Below, piece after piece: positions 11,967 through 23,038 of a stretch of DNA of 64,000 bases. The stretch is taken from assembly GCA_964106915.2 (NCBI GenBank), contig OZ066915.1, one strand, 5' to 3'. Numbering within the stretch: the first letter of the stretch is position 1; each line of letters begins with the position of its first letter. The stretch comes from Podarcis gaigeae (Eukaryota). The position numbers and the translations under genes are program-made. Under the pieces are notes generated by a model. That model saw only the letters and a list, made by a program, of their open reading frames with translations. It was not told the DNA's origin and ran no database searches.

Positions 11967-12380
11967 TAATAACAATGATTATATGAAATGATTCTGTGAC
12001 AAACAACTTGTGTCACTTCTGAAAGATGTTTAAACTGCATCTTAGTCTGTTGCGGGAATAGGGAACCTATGGCACTCCACTAGTTCTGAAGATCCCATCA
12101 TCCCTAACTATTGGCCATGCTAGCTTAAGCTGATGGGAGTTTGTGTCTGAAGGACCTCAGATTCCTCATCTGTGATCTAATGCTTGAGAATAGGTTGTCC
12201 AGAGCTCACCAGAACCATCTCTCAACATGCCCTCTTCTTCTGGAAATGAAATTCAAGAAGCTGTACATGAAGTGTTAGTGTAACTCAGTATATATTGAAG
12301 GGCAGCCTCAATACGTACTACTGCTCCTGTTTTTCTCAGATGTCCCCATGTATGGGAGCCCCATCCCACAGTTATGGGAA

Positions 12381-12528
12381 GGGCCGTAGCTCAGAGGTGA
12401 GCATTTGCTTCATATGCATAAAGTCCAAGGTTTAGTCCTCTTCTACAGCCACTGCCAATCAGTGTTGACAATACTGAGCTTCCTGAACCAATGTTCTGAC
12501 TACACATGAGGCAACTCTCAATGTTTCC
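12381..12528 (+). mobile_element. tRNA-derived SINE (Squam2-like), internally deleted
   Basis: GGGCCGTAGCTCAG head; 3' part homologous to 17281-17457. Further decayed copies near 505-1040, 10950-11050, 29790-29932, 32095-32270 and 50740-50880. Confidence 0.65.
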
Positions 12529-13237
12529 ATTAAAATAAGCCAATAAATCTGCTGCCCTATTATATTTGGGATAATATTGAATATTATTACCAACTTGGAA
12601 CATCACCACCACCATTTATTTATTTTTTTGTGAGCTTTATATCCCATCTGTCAGCCTTGAGATTCCCAGAGTGGTAAACAACAATCCATTAAAATACAAT
12701 GCACCATTTTACATATACAGGTGTCTGTCAGTGTGTACCTCGATCAGCAGCTCGGCTCACTGAACCAGTAAACTGCTTGTTGAACTAACTGGAAGTTTGA
12801 AAGACCAGCCTTGGGGATTTGGTGCCGGAGCTACTGATCAGAAAATGGTTCCTTGGGCACACATGTTTTTCTTAGTGAGTTCCTATATCAGCAGCTTTCA
12901 CGTTAAGTCCCCAATCTACCTTTAAATTCAGGTAAAGATTAAAACAAAGTTTTAAAGTAGGCAGTGCTGGGCAAGGATTGCTGACAGGGAAACTGTGCAT
13001 GCTTACTTCTTGACTGCAACCCTCCTTTCACTTTTCTTCCTTAATAAATAAAAAAACTCAGAACTGAATAAAATGCTGAGCCTATGGATGACAGGACTGG
13101 TTGTGGGCTTGCAAGGCCCAGAAATGGATCCTAAAAGGACTTCTTATTGGATTGAAAAGAACAGCTGCTATTTGGCAGTTGCAGAGAAAGTAGTGATTTA
13201 GTAAGTGGCAGTTGTGACCACTGTTCTATCTCTGGCG

Positions 13238-13386
13238 AACAGTAGATTATCTCTGAGAGAGAGATATGAGAGTAGATTATAGAGAGTATAGAGAGTATAG
13301 ATTATAGAGAGTAGATTATAGAGAGTATAGATTATAGAGAGTAGATTATAGAGAGATATAACAGTAGATTATCTCTGAGAGAGAGA
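13238..13386. repeat. Complex AG/AT minisatellite between 27-bp direct repeats
   Basis: AACAGTAGATTATCTCTGAGAGAGAGA at 13238-13264 and 13360-13386, flanking permuted AGAGAGTAGATTAT units. Confidence 0.9.
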
Positions 13387-16300
13387 CTTTAGGATATGAA
13401 GAGATATAGCTGGAGAGCCTAGGGGGTCAATTATTTTATATTCTGTCATGGATTCATTCTCTTTAAATTCCTTGGTTATTGTTTCTCATATTTATAGAAT
13501 ATGCTTTATTCTCCCTGTATGTGCTTGTATGTGTGCTTACATACCTATACCTAGGCTCCATTTTCCTATCTTATTTATTTGTCTGACATGAAGGCTAAAC
13601 CATAGTTCAGTATGTTGACAATGAGCTGCAGCAAACATGCTCTCCCTCCCATTCTTTCTTTGGTGTGTCTGCGGGGAAAAAGGTTCAAGTTTTTGTTTCT
13701 GGATTAGATTCATGCTGTCCGAATCTAACAAACAGTGATTAATCATTATTGTGCTTTGTTTGAAAGATGCCAGTGTCAAACTATGGGCCAATAAGTTGGC
13801 TTGCTTAAAGAACCATAATTAATATTTACCACAGTTTAGGGACCGGACAACATGATAAACAGCAGCCAATCAAAATTTATGTCTAAAGCTCCGACCCTCT
13901 TTCTTTTGGTTGTGATGGAGGGAGGAGGGAAAGGAATCAGAGGCTTGCTGTGGTTTCTTCTCTTTACACTAACCGGTGGTTTAGTGTGAAATCATTTGGT
14001 TCTGGAACTATGATATCTCAAATATCATGAAATCAGTAGTCTGGAACTATGATGCCTCAATCCTGCCCCTTTCCAGCGGTTTCCGAAGCAAAAAGCTGTG
14101 GCTTAAGTGCTCCATACAAATCAGGATTGCAAACCTGGATTAAATCACAGTTTCTTGGTTTTGATATTATGGAAGAACTGTGGTTTAAGAGACCAGAAAG
14201 TATCCACTGTAGTGAAGTATGCAAGAGGAGGGGAAGAGCCAGTATCTTGATTTTATGTCAGTTATATAGTCATTAGCCTCAGAGGGGATATATTTTTATC
14301 TATTTTTACATAAAAAGCTCAATCTTGTTTAAGAAGTGCTCAAGGTTCAGTTTTAAGAAATGTTAAGTGTATTATATTTGCTTGTGCTGTATTGAATTTT
14401 TTAAACAAGACAGTATAATTAAAAAATAAAGAATAAAAAATGATTTAATTAAACTTGACTTTTTGATGGTGTTTTTTAAAAAAATCATCAGTTTTTATCC
14501 ATCCTGACAGCTGCCTTTCAAGCATGCCATGTTTGGCATTGCTTTTTCTTATAATATTCTTTTAATGTTCATAGGATGAGGGGTTCTTCTGCTTTCAAGT
14601 CCAGTCTATGAGAGCATTTCCTTGGAGTCAGTCTACACTTTTGCATCTGCCTCTTCTCCCAAAGGGAAGGACTATCTGAAGGTTTAAGAATGCCCAGAAG
14701 CAAAAGAGAACAGGAATTCACTTTCCCCTCTAATACTTATTTGTAGTATGCTGTAATCAAAGAGAACAGATTGGGATTTTATGCTCTGTTGCCCCAATTG
14801 CAAAAAGTCAGGTCTTTTCAGAGAACATTTGTTAATAGCTGTAAATTAAGTGCCAGTATGGTTTCCAATCCATCCATGAGGATGGCAGTTGTCTTATCCT
14901 TTTGATACCCTATGATCACAGCTGCTAGATGAGTAGGACTGGGAAATACTGGGTTGCTGTGCAGATTGAAGGACTGATGTCGTTAATGACAGATTTGTTC
15001 CTTGCCCTTAACAAATAATTGTCTAAAGCTATTATTCTTTTTATGTATTTAAAGTCGCCTTCTCCAGAATAATTATAAAATGGCTTACAAAACTAAGAGT
15101 AATGTAGTAGTAGTTGTAATAAGCAAAAATGCATTTCAAAAACTTGCCAAGTATTCTTAAGAAACTAATCTTTCTCAATAGGTGTGTGACAGGTAAATTC
15201 AGTTAGAGAGTCTGAGCATGATCAAGCCATAAAGCAGTGGGCTGTTTCCATCTAAACCCTTGTGTGTGCAAAACAACTTCCACGAGTGCAACAGAACTTC
15301 TTTTCCCTCTGCGCCACCATCAACCCCTCTTCCAACTTACAATCACCACCCAAACCCGGAGGAGAATGGTGCCCCATTTGAAGAACAACTCTATTTACTT
15401 TTTTCCCCTAAATCCCTGTGATTGGGGTGTCTGGGGAAACAATTCACTGTGGCAAAAAGCTACACCTGCCTGCTGCATGAACGAGCTTTCCACCAGTGCA
15501 GATTATAGAAGTAATTTTTAATATTTACGCTCATCTCACAATGTGCCCATATTAACAAGCATTTTTGTAATCTATTGTTTAAACCAATTGAATTAAAATA
15601 GGGGGTTGGGGTTGGATCTTTTTCATTTTGGGGCATATTCAGAATATTCCTGAAATCTGTTTTGCTGCACATAGTTTCTAAAAAGGCTGAAGTCATTGCT
15701 AGGAAAGGGAATTATTATGATTCTGTTTCTTCCTTGTTAAAGTGCCAAGAGTCATGCAACTGTCTAGGTCCCCTGGAGCTTTGCATTTCTTGGCTCTGAT
15801 AAATGAGGGTTAAATAAATCCACCATATATCTATTTCCAAGAGTCATGTCTACATAGCTCCATTCCATTCCCCTGATTTGTAACTTACTTGAATAAGAAA
15901 TATCTGGAGGGTCTAACCTGTTATAAATTTAATGGTATATCTAAACAGATAAAGAGGAGCCAGGTTTTTTTGGGGGGTGTACATGTGTATATTAATGAAA
16001 TGGGAGCATCTCTGTCGTGAGATAGATAGCTTGAAGGTTTGCATTAGCAGGAGTTTGTTGGGGATGTTATAGTTTGCAAAGGAGAAACAAAACAAAGCAA
16101 AAAAGGCCATGAAATCCAATGAATGAAACTGAACAAAATCTCTTTGATTGGAACGGATTGGAATGCTGCCAAAATGGAATTCTGGATATTTATAATAGAC
16201 ATGTGTTGAATGAAGAGCATGAAATGTAGAGTTTTAGTAGTGCTCTACGCCCAAACTTAGCCAAAGTATGGAAAAAAATAAAATAAAGGAAAGTGGGGAC

Positions 16301-16670
16301 CATTATTTGAACAGGCAACTAATCAATTAAATATTTCAGGGAAAGATGCATTATGATCCTTTCCCACAATTTAAACACCCAAATCTGAGGAAATTCTGTA
16401 TTTTATCTATCCTTTGAGTTCTTGGTGAGAAAACTAAACTAAAACAGACTTTCTCATATCTTTTGCTCCTTTATTTTTAGCCAAAAAATTCAATTCAGCT
16501 AATTCTTTAAAATGTATTTTCTTTTCTGCTGCTGATAAATATTGGTTTCTACTCCTTGTAGCTTACAGAAAGGGGGAATATCAGAAACCTGATGGAATGG
16601 CAATAGCAAGTGGCATTCTGTTATCCCTCAATGTTAGTTGTTGGCATCCATCTGTCTAGACTCCCTGGAC

Positions 16671-16794
16671 CAGCGGTTCTCAACCTGTTGTTGGACTCCA
16701 ACTCCCATCATCCCTGAGCTCTGGCCTTGCTAGCTAGGGGTGATGGGAGTTGTAGTTCAACAACATCTGGGGACCCACAGGTTGAGAAAGGCTG
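16671..16794. mobile_element. Palindromic hAT MITE
   Basis: CAGCGGTTCTCAACCTG ... CAGGTTGAGAAAGGCTG; TSD CCCTGGAC / CCCTAGAC. Confidence 0.82.
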
Positions 16795-17280
16795 CCCTAG
16801 ACTCTAGGGAGACAATGGAAGGGTGTGCCTTCAGAGGTGAAGTCAGACTGTTGGAGAGTTCCAGTGCCTGCTGTATAGATTGATACTGGGGGCATGTTTT
16901 TCTGCATGTGGGGCCGTTGAAGGAGTACGGTTTTGCTGCTATCGGTGCACTATGGCATTTCTTCTTTTTTGTGTCACTCCCAGTGGTCATTCCTCCTCTG
17001 GTCACTTCTGTGCAATTGGGAATCCTGTAAAAGCATGAGTTTTCAATTCTGCAGAGGCTTATAAACACAGTGGCTTCCAATCCCTGCCCTGAGAAGCAAG
17101 CCAGAAACAAGCTGGTGAGGGGTTTCTGAAGGACCATTTTGTCCTGAGAGGAGAGGAGAAGCAGCAATTTAACTTTATATTAACAAACTGTAGTCTTTTC
17201 CTTTTATTGATCATTTTTGCAATTCTCTTTGCATGAAAATTGGTATATAAATGCCATAAACAAACAAAACAAACAAACAA

Positions 17281-17457
17281 AGGAAGCTGCCTTATACGAA
17301 GTCAGACTGTTGGTCCATATAGCTCAGTATGGACTGCACTGACTGTCAGTGACTCTCAAGGTTTCAGATGCGAAACATTCCTAGCCCCACCTGGAAATGT
17401 CAGGGATTGAATTTCGGACCTTTTGCATCAAAGCAGATGTTCTACCACTGAGCTACA
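17281..17457 (-). mobile_element. tRNA-derived SINE (Squam2-like)
   Basis: Minus strand reads TGTAGCTCAGTGGTAGAACATCTGCTTTG...ATTCAATCCCTGACATTTCCAGGT...GTATAAGGCAGCTTCCT, with A/B boxes. Confidence 0.75.
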
Positions 17458-18611
17458 TCTCTTTAACACAAGAATAGTGTGTGGCCCTCCAGATGTTGCT
17501 GGTTTACATCTCCCAAACCATGGCAAGCATAACCAGTATTCAGAAATGCTGGGAACTGGAGTTAAACAAAATCTGGAGGGCTTCACCTTGGCTGTCCCTG
17601 CAACACCAGGGGCTCAAAAAGCCAAGAGAGGTGGAGAAGAGGTATTCTGTAAATGAATACTATCCAGATTTGAATCCTCCCTCCCCAAACACCAATATGT
17701 TATACTGAGTATATTGGTTATCAATTGGTGACCAAAATTTTGCCAGAGTCAAGCTTTAGAAGAGATAACAAATTTGCCCTCTACTCCATTAACTGTCAGC
17801 TTCGCATTAAATGGTTAAGGAAGTGACAGGGCAAAGATGGAAGTATGTTCTAATAATTTACTTTTTAGAGCTGTTGCTGGCTGACAGCATTTCAACATAA
17901 ATTATTATATAATAATTCAGGCCCCGGGGTGCATTTTTCCTCTATTGTCACTCATAAAATTGCTTTGTAGTGTAATTACAGTTTCCTGTTATTGCCTAAA
18001 GAATCAGAGCAGCTGCAGTTTAAAGTGGGAAGCTCTCCCCGCCACCTCCTTTTTCGTTCTCCAAATAGAAATTTATTATTTGGGATGAGTTTGGCATTTG
18101 TGCACTTGGAAAAGCCACAAAGGGAATACCTCTGAGCCAAGCATAAATGTGGCCAGGTGTTGTACAAGCTTCCTTACCTTGGATACTTGGCTAGCGCACT
18201 TTGCCTTGCTCTTGTTCCAAGCCTAGATCTCAGGGATCAGAATGAAGTTGTGGGAGGTAAGGATGGGACACTTCCTGAAGGCTCTGACAGGCTGGGACTG
18301 CAGGTATCTATGTTCATTACAGCCCCAATATGTGGGCATGCTTCTTCCTCAGGAACTGCCCCCTGTGGATAACTACACCTGTACTTGTGCTGAGCAGGAC
18401 CGGTTCTACCCTTAGGCACAGTTAGACAGCTGCCACAGATGTCTGGTTTTGGGTGTCATGAAAGGGCAGCGTTTTGATGGAAGGCAATATCATGAACGTC
18501 ACATTAAAATGACCCATGGGAGCTGATGATCAAATGCTAGAGATCAAACCCTTCTGGAAGTGACACCTATTCCTAAATAGATGAAGAAGGGGATAGACAT
18601 GTTGAACTTTG

Positions 18612-19282
18612 TAAAAGGCGAAAGATTTATACGATCTGAAGAGAAACCAGAGTATAAACTTAAGCACAGTAAACAAGTAGGTGAACATCAGACCTATCTT
18701 TCCATGATAGAACTGCGGAACAGGGAGACCAACTTAAGGATAAGGTCGGTACCAGAAGCGGAAGAAGGTAACCTAGCTGAGTTTTTGACTAAAGAATTTT
18801 CCAAGTTTTGGAACTTAGAGGAAAAAGATTTTAAAATCATATCAGCCTTCAGGCTTGGAAGACTTATAAAGAAAGAGAAGCCCAGAGACTGTTTAATAAC
18901 ACTGAGATCAAAGGAGGAAAGGGACAAGATTTTGGGCCTGCATTACGGAAGGTCACTGGATATTTCGGACAAAAGAATTGAAATTTACAAGGATATTCCT
19001 AAACAACTGCTGGACCTTAGATCTGACTATTTGGAACTAGTAAGACTGTTGAGGAGCAATTCAATTATTTTCAGGTGGGATTTTCCTCAGGGATTATCTT
19101 TCACTTTTAGAGGGAAGAAGATTAAAATCAGATCACTGGAAGATAGAGATAAATTTCTGATCGCATACGGAGAGGACCTTCAAAAAGGAATTGGACTACC
19201 TTCAGGGCCTGAAACACCAGAGGAACCTGCACCCTTGGATTCTGAAGATTCAGCGAATAAGGTACCACCCCCAGATAAATAA
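18612..19282 (+). pseudogene. L1 ORF1p C-terminal portion (RRM/CTD, Transposase_22-like), 5'-truncated
   Basis: RETNLRIRSVPE, FRLG...PRDCLI, IEIYKDIP and FRWDFPQGL motifs resemble vertebrate L1 ORF1p; stop 15 nt before the ORF2 ATG. Confidence 0.85.
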
Positions 19283-19297
19283 CCAGATTCATTCAGG

Positions 19298-22200
19298 ATG
19301 TCTCTGCAACTCTTGAGTTGGAACATAAATGGCTGTAACATTCCGGAAAAAAGGAGGAAAATTTTTCACATATTAAAAAAAGAACAATTGGACATTATTT
19401 GCTTACAAGAAACACACGTGACTAGGCTCCACAGAAAAGTGTTAATTAATAAAAGACTTGGCCAAGAATTTATATCTTCGGACAGAGTAAAGAAGAGAGG
19501 GGTGGTGATATATGCAAAAGAGAGCCTGTCACCTAAATTTTTATTTAAGGATGAACATGGAAGAATCCTAGCAATTGAGATTCAACACCAAGGAGAGAAG
19601 ATTTTGATATTAGGAATTTATGCACCAAACGACGGGAAATCGGAATTCTACAAGACGTTGCATGAGATCATGCTGGATTATCTGGACTACAACAACATCA
19701 TCATGATGGGAGACATGAATGGGGTCGTATCAACTAACATGGATAAGTCACAAAGTCAAAATGTTACAAAAGACGGCAGACTACCAAAGACTTTCTTTGA
19801 AATGACCGACAATATGGATTGGATTGACATTTGGAGAACCAAGAACCCCCTGGGAAGAGAAGGAACATTCTTCTCTGAAGCCCAGCTGACTTGGACAAGA
19901 ATCGACCAAATATGGATATCTAGAAGTCTGGCACCCAAGGTTAGAAAGGTGGAAATCTGCCCAAAGACCTGCTCCGACCATAACGCACTGAAGATGGACA
20001 TGACACTACTACCAACCGGTTCCTTCAGATGGAAGATGAATGACAATTTGTTTAGAGATCAGGAGATTATTAAGAAGGCCCAAAAAGCTATGAAGGATTA
20101 TTTTGAGATAAATATGAACACTACGGTGGAAAAAAGAATTATCTGGGACGCAAGCAAAGCAGTGATGAGGGGGTTCTTGATACAACAGAATGCTGTAAAG
20201 AAAAGAATACAAAATGAGAGGAAGGATAAGATTTTGGAGAAAATTAAAGAATTAGAGAAGAAATTAAGATCAAATCCGAAGTCACAACCGATTCTGAGAG
20301 AAATCAAACTTCACCAAGCACAATATTCTAAACTGATAAATCAGGAAATAGAGTGGAAGATTAAATTAATGAAACAAAAAACTTTCGAATCGGCAAACAA
20401 ATGTGGGAAACTGCTAGCTTGGCAGTTGAAGAGGAGACAAAAATTAAACACAGTTACAAATTTAGAGATTGAAGGAAGAAATATTCAGAACCCCGCGGAG
20501 ATCAGAAAGTGTTTCCAGAGATATTTTAAAAAATTATATACCCAAGGGCCGCAAGATGAGGTTGAGATTAAACAATTTTTAGAAAAAAATAACTTACAAA
20601 ATTGTCACAAGAAAACATATCAATCCTGAATAACAAAATAACACGACAAGAGATTGAACAAGCCATTCAGAACTTGCAATTGGGCAAATCCCCAGGGCCA
20701 GACGGCTTGACCGCCAAGTATTATAAGACATTAAAAGACTATTTGATTCAACCAATGACGGAGGTCAGCAACGAAATCATGGAGGGGAAGAGGGCGCCGG
20801 AATCGTGGAAGGAAGCTTTCATCACATTGATACCAAAATCGGAAATTGAGAAGACACAACTCAAGAACTATCGTCCCATCTCCCTTTTAAATGTGGATTA
20901 CAAAATATTTGCGGATGTATTGGCAAGCAGACTTAAAAGAGTTTTAAATGAAGTAATTCATAAAGACCAGGCAGGCTTTCTCCCAGGCAGACATATGTTT
21001 GCTAACACAAGGAACATCATTGACATTTTGGAACTTTTGCAAACAAACATAAATACAAAAGCAGTGTTAATTTTTATAGATGCGGAGAAGGCCTTTGATA
21101 ATATCTCTTGGAAATTTATGAAGGGAAATCTAAAAGAAATGGGAGTGGGACGGGGTTTTGAGAATGGGATTGATGCAATATATTCAGAACAAAAGGCTAA
21201 ATTGATAGTTAACAATGTGGTTACAGAAGAGTTTAAAATTGAAAAAGGAACACGACAAGGCTGCCCGATTTCCCCTCTGCTATTTATATCGGTTCTGGAG
21301 GTGCTCTTGAATATGATCAGAGGGGACCGGTTGGTGGAAGGGATTCAGGTCGGAGCAAAACAATATAAACTTAAAGCTTTTGCAGATGACCTAGTTTTGA
21401 CTCTGCAGGAGCCAGAATCTAGTACAAAAAGAGTATTGCAATTGATACAAGACTTTGGTCGGGTAGCGGGATTTAAATTAAATAAACAGAAAACCAAGGT
21501 GTTGGGGAAAAATTTGACAGATACAGAGTCAGAACGGTTTCAGAGAGAAACAGAACTAATTGTGGTCAAAAAAGTAAAGTACCTAGGGGTAAACATTAAA
21601 GCAAAAAAATATGAGTTTATTTAAAGATAACTATGAAAAATGTTGGTCTGAAATTAAGAGAGATTTGGACAGTTGGACAAAATTGAAGCTTTCTTTGCTA
21701 GGCCGAATTGCTGCTATTAAGATGAATGTATTGCCAAAAATGTTGTTTTTGTTTCAAACACTACAGATTGTGGACAAAACGGAGTGCTTCCGGAAGTGGC
21801 AGAGAGACATCTCTAAATTTGTCTGGCAGGGCAAAAAGCCCAGAATTAAGTATAAGATATTAACTGATGCGAAAGAAAGAGGGGGCTTTGCCCTGCCAGA
21901 CCTAAAGTTCTACTATGAAGCCGCAGCTTTCTGCTGGCTAAAAGACTGGCTACTTCTCGAAGACACTGATGTATTGGACTTGGAAGGTTTTAATAATGCT
22001 TTTGGTTGGCATGCATACCTATGGTATGATAAGGTTAAGAGCAACAAGGCCTTTAAGAACCATATTGTCAGGAAAGCAGTATTTAATGTCTGGATAAAAT
22101 ACAAAGACTTATTGGAAAATAAAACTCCGAGGTGGCTTTCACCTCTGGAAGCTAAGGCCCGAAAAAGACCCAATATGGAGGCCAAATGGCCAAAATATTG

Positions 22201-23038
22201 GGAAATATTAGAAAAAGATGGAGACAATTGGAAATTGCAGAGTTTGGAGAAAATGAAGGATAAAGTGCGAGACTGGTTACACTACGCTCAGATTAAAGAA
22301 GTCTTTAAAAATGATAAAAAGTTAGGGTTCCAGGTGGAGAAATCGAAGTTGGAAACAGAATTGTTAGAACCAAAGACTAAGGTATTATCAAGAATGTATA
22401 ACCTCCTGTTAAAATGGAATACACAAGACGAAATGGTTAAATCGGCTATGATAAAGTGGGCTCAGGACATTGGGCATAACATTATGTTTGAGGACTGGGA
22501 AAGGTTGTGGACCACTGGGCTGAACTTCACTGCATGTAATGCTCTGAAGGAAAATGTAATGAAAATGATATATAGATGGTACATGACCCCAGTTAAACTT
22601 GCCAAAATATACCATTTGTCTGATAATAAGTGTTGGAAATGTAAAGAAAATGAAGGAACATTCTTTCACCTCTGGTGGACTTGCCCTAGAGTGAAGGCCT
22701 TCTGGGAAATGATATATAATGAGTTGAAAAAGGTATTCAAGTATACCTTTACTAAGAAACCAGAGGCCTTCCTTCTGGGCATTGTCGGCCAGAAGGTGTT
22801 AAAGAAGGACCGAACATTCTTTATGTATGCAACAACGGCAGCAAGGATACTCATCGCTAAGAGTTGGAAAACTCAAGATCTACCCACGCTGGAAGAGTGG
22901 CAGATGCAGCTGATAGACTATATGGAACTGGCCGAGATGACTGGCAGAATCCGAGACCTGGGAGAAGAGAGGGTTGAAGAAGACTGGAAGAAATTTAAGA
23001 TCTATCTACAAAAATATTGTAATTTGGTTGAATGTTAA
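19298..23038 (+). pseudogene. L1 ORF2p (APE endonuclease, reverse transcriptase, C-terminal Cys/His knuckle), 1246 codons, two frameshifts
   Basis: SWNING, ICLQETH, GDMN, RIDQIW, SDHN (EN); SPGPDG, NYRPISLLN, DAEKAFD, GTRQGCPISP, FADD, KYLG (RT); CWKC..GTFFHLWWTC. A -1 slip near 20600 and a +1 slip near 21605, both in A runs. Confidence 0.95.

Noticed and set aside
12381-12450. Functional tRNA gene
   Set aside because: The tRNA-like head is decayed and continues into SINE body sequence; the same holds for the other copies.
13238-13386. CRISPR-like repeat-spacer appearance
   Set aside because: Eukaryotic DNA, only two repeats, and the spacer is derived from the repeat itself.
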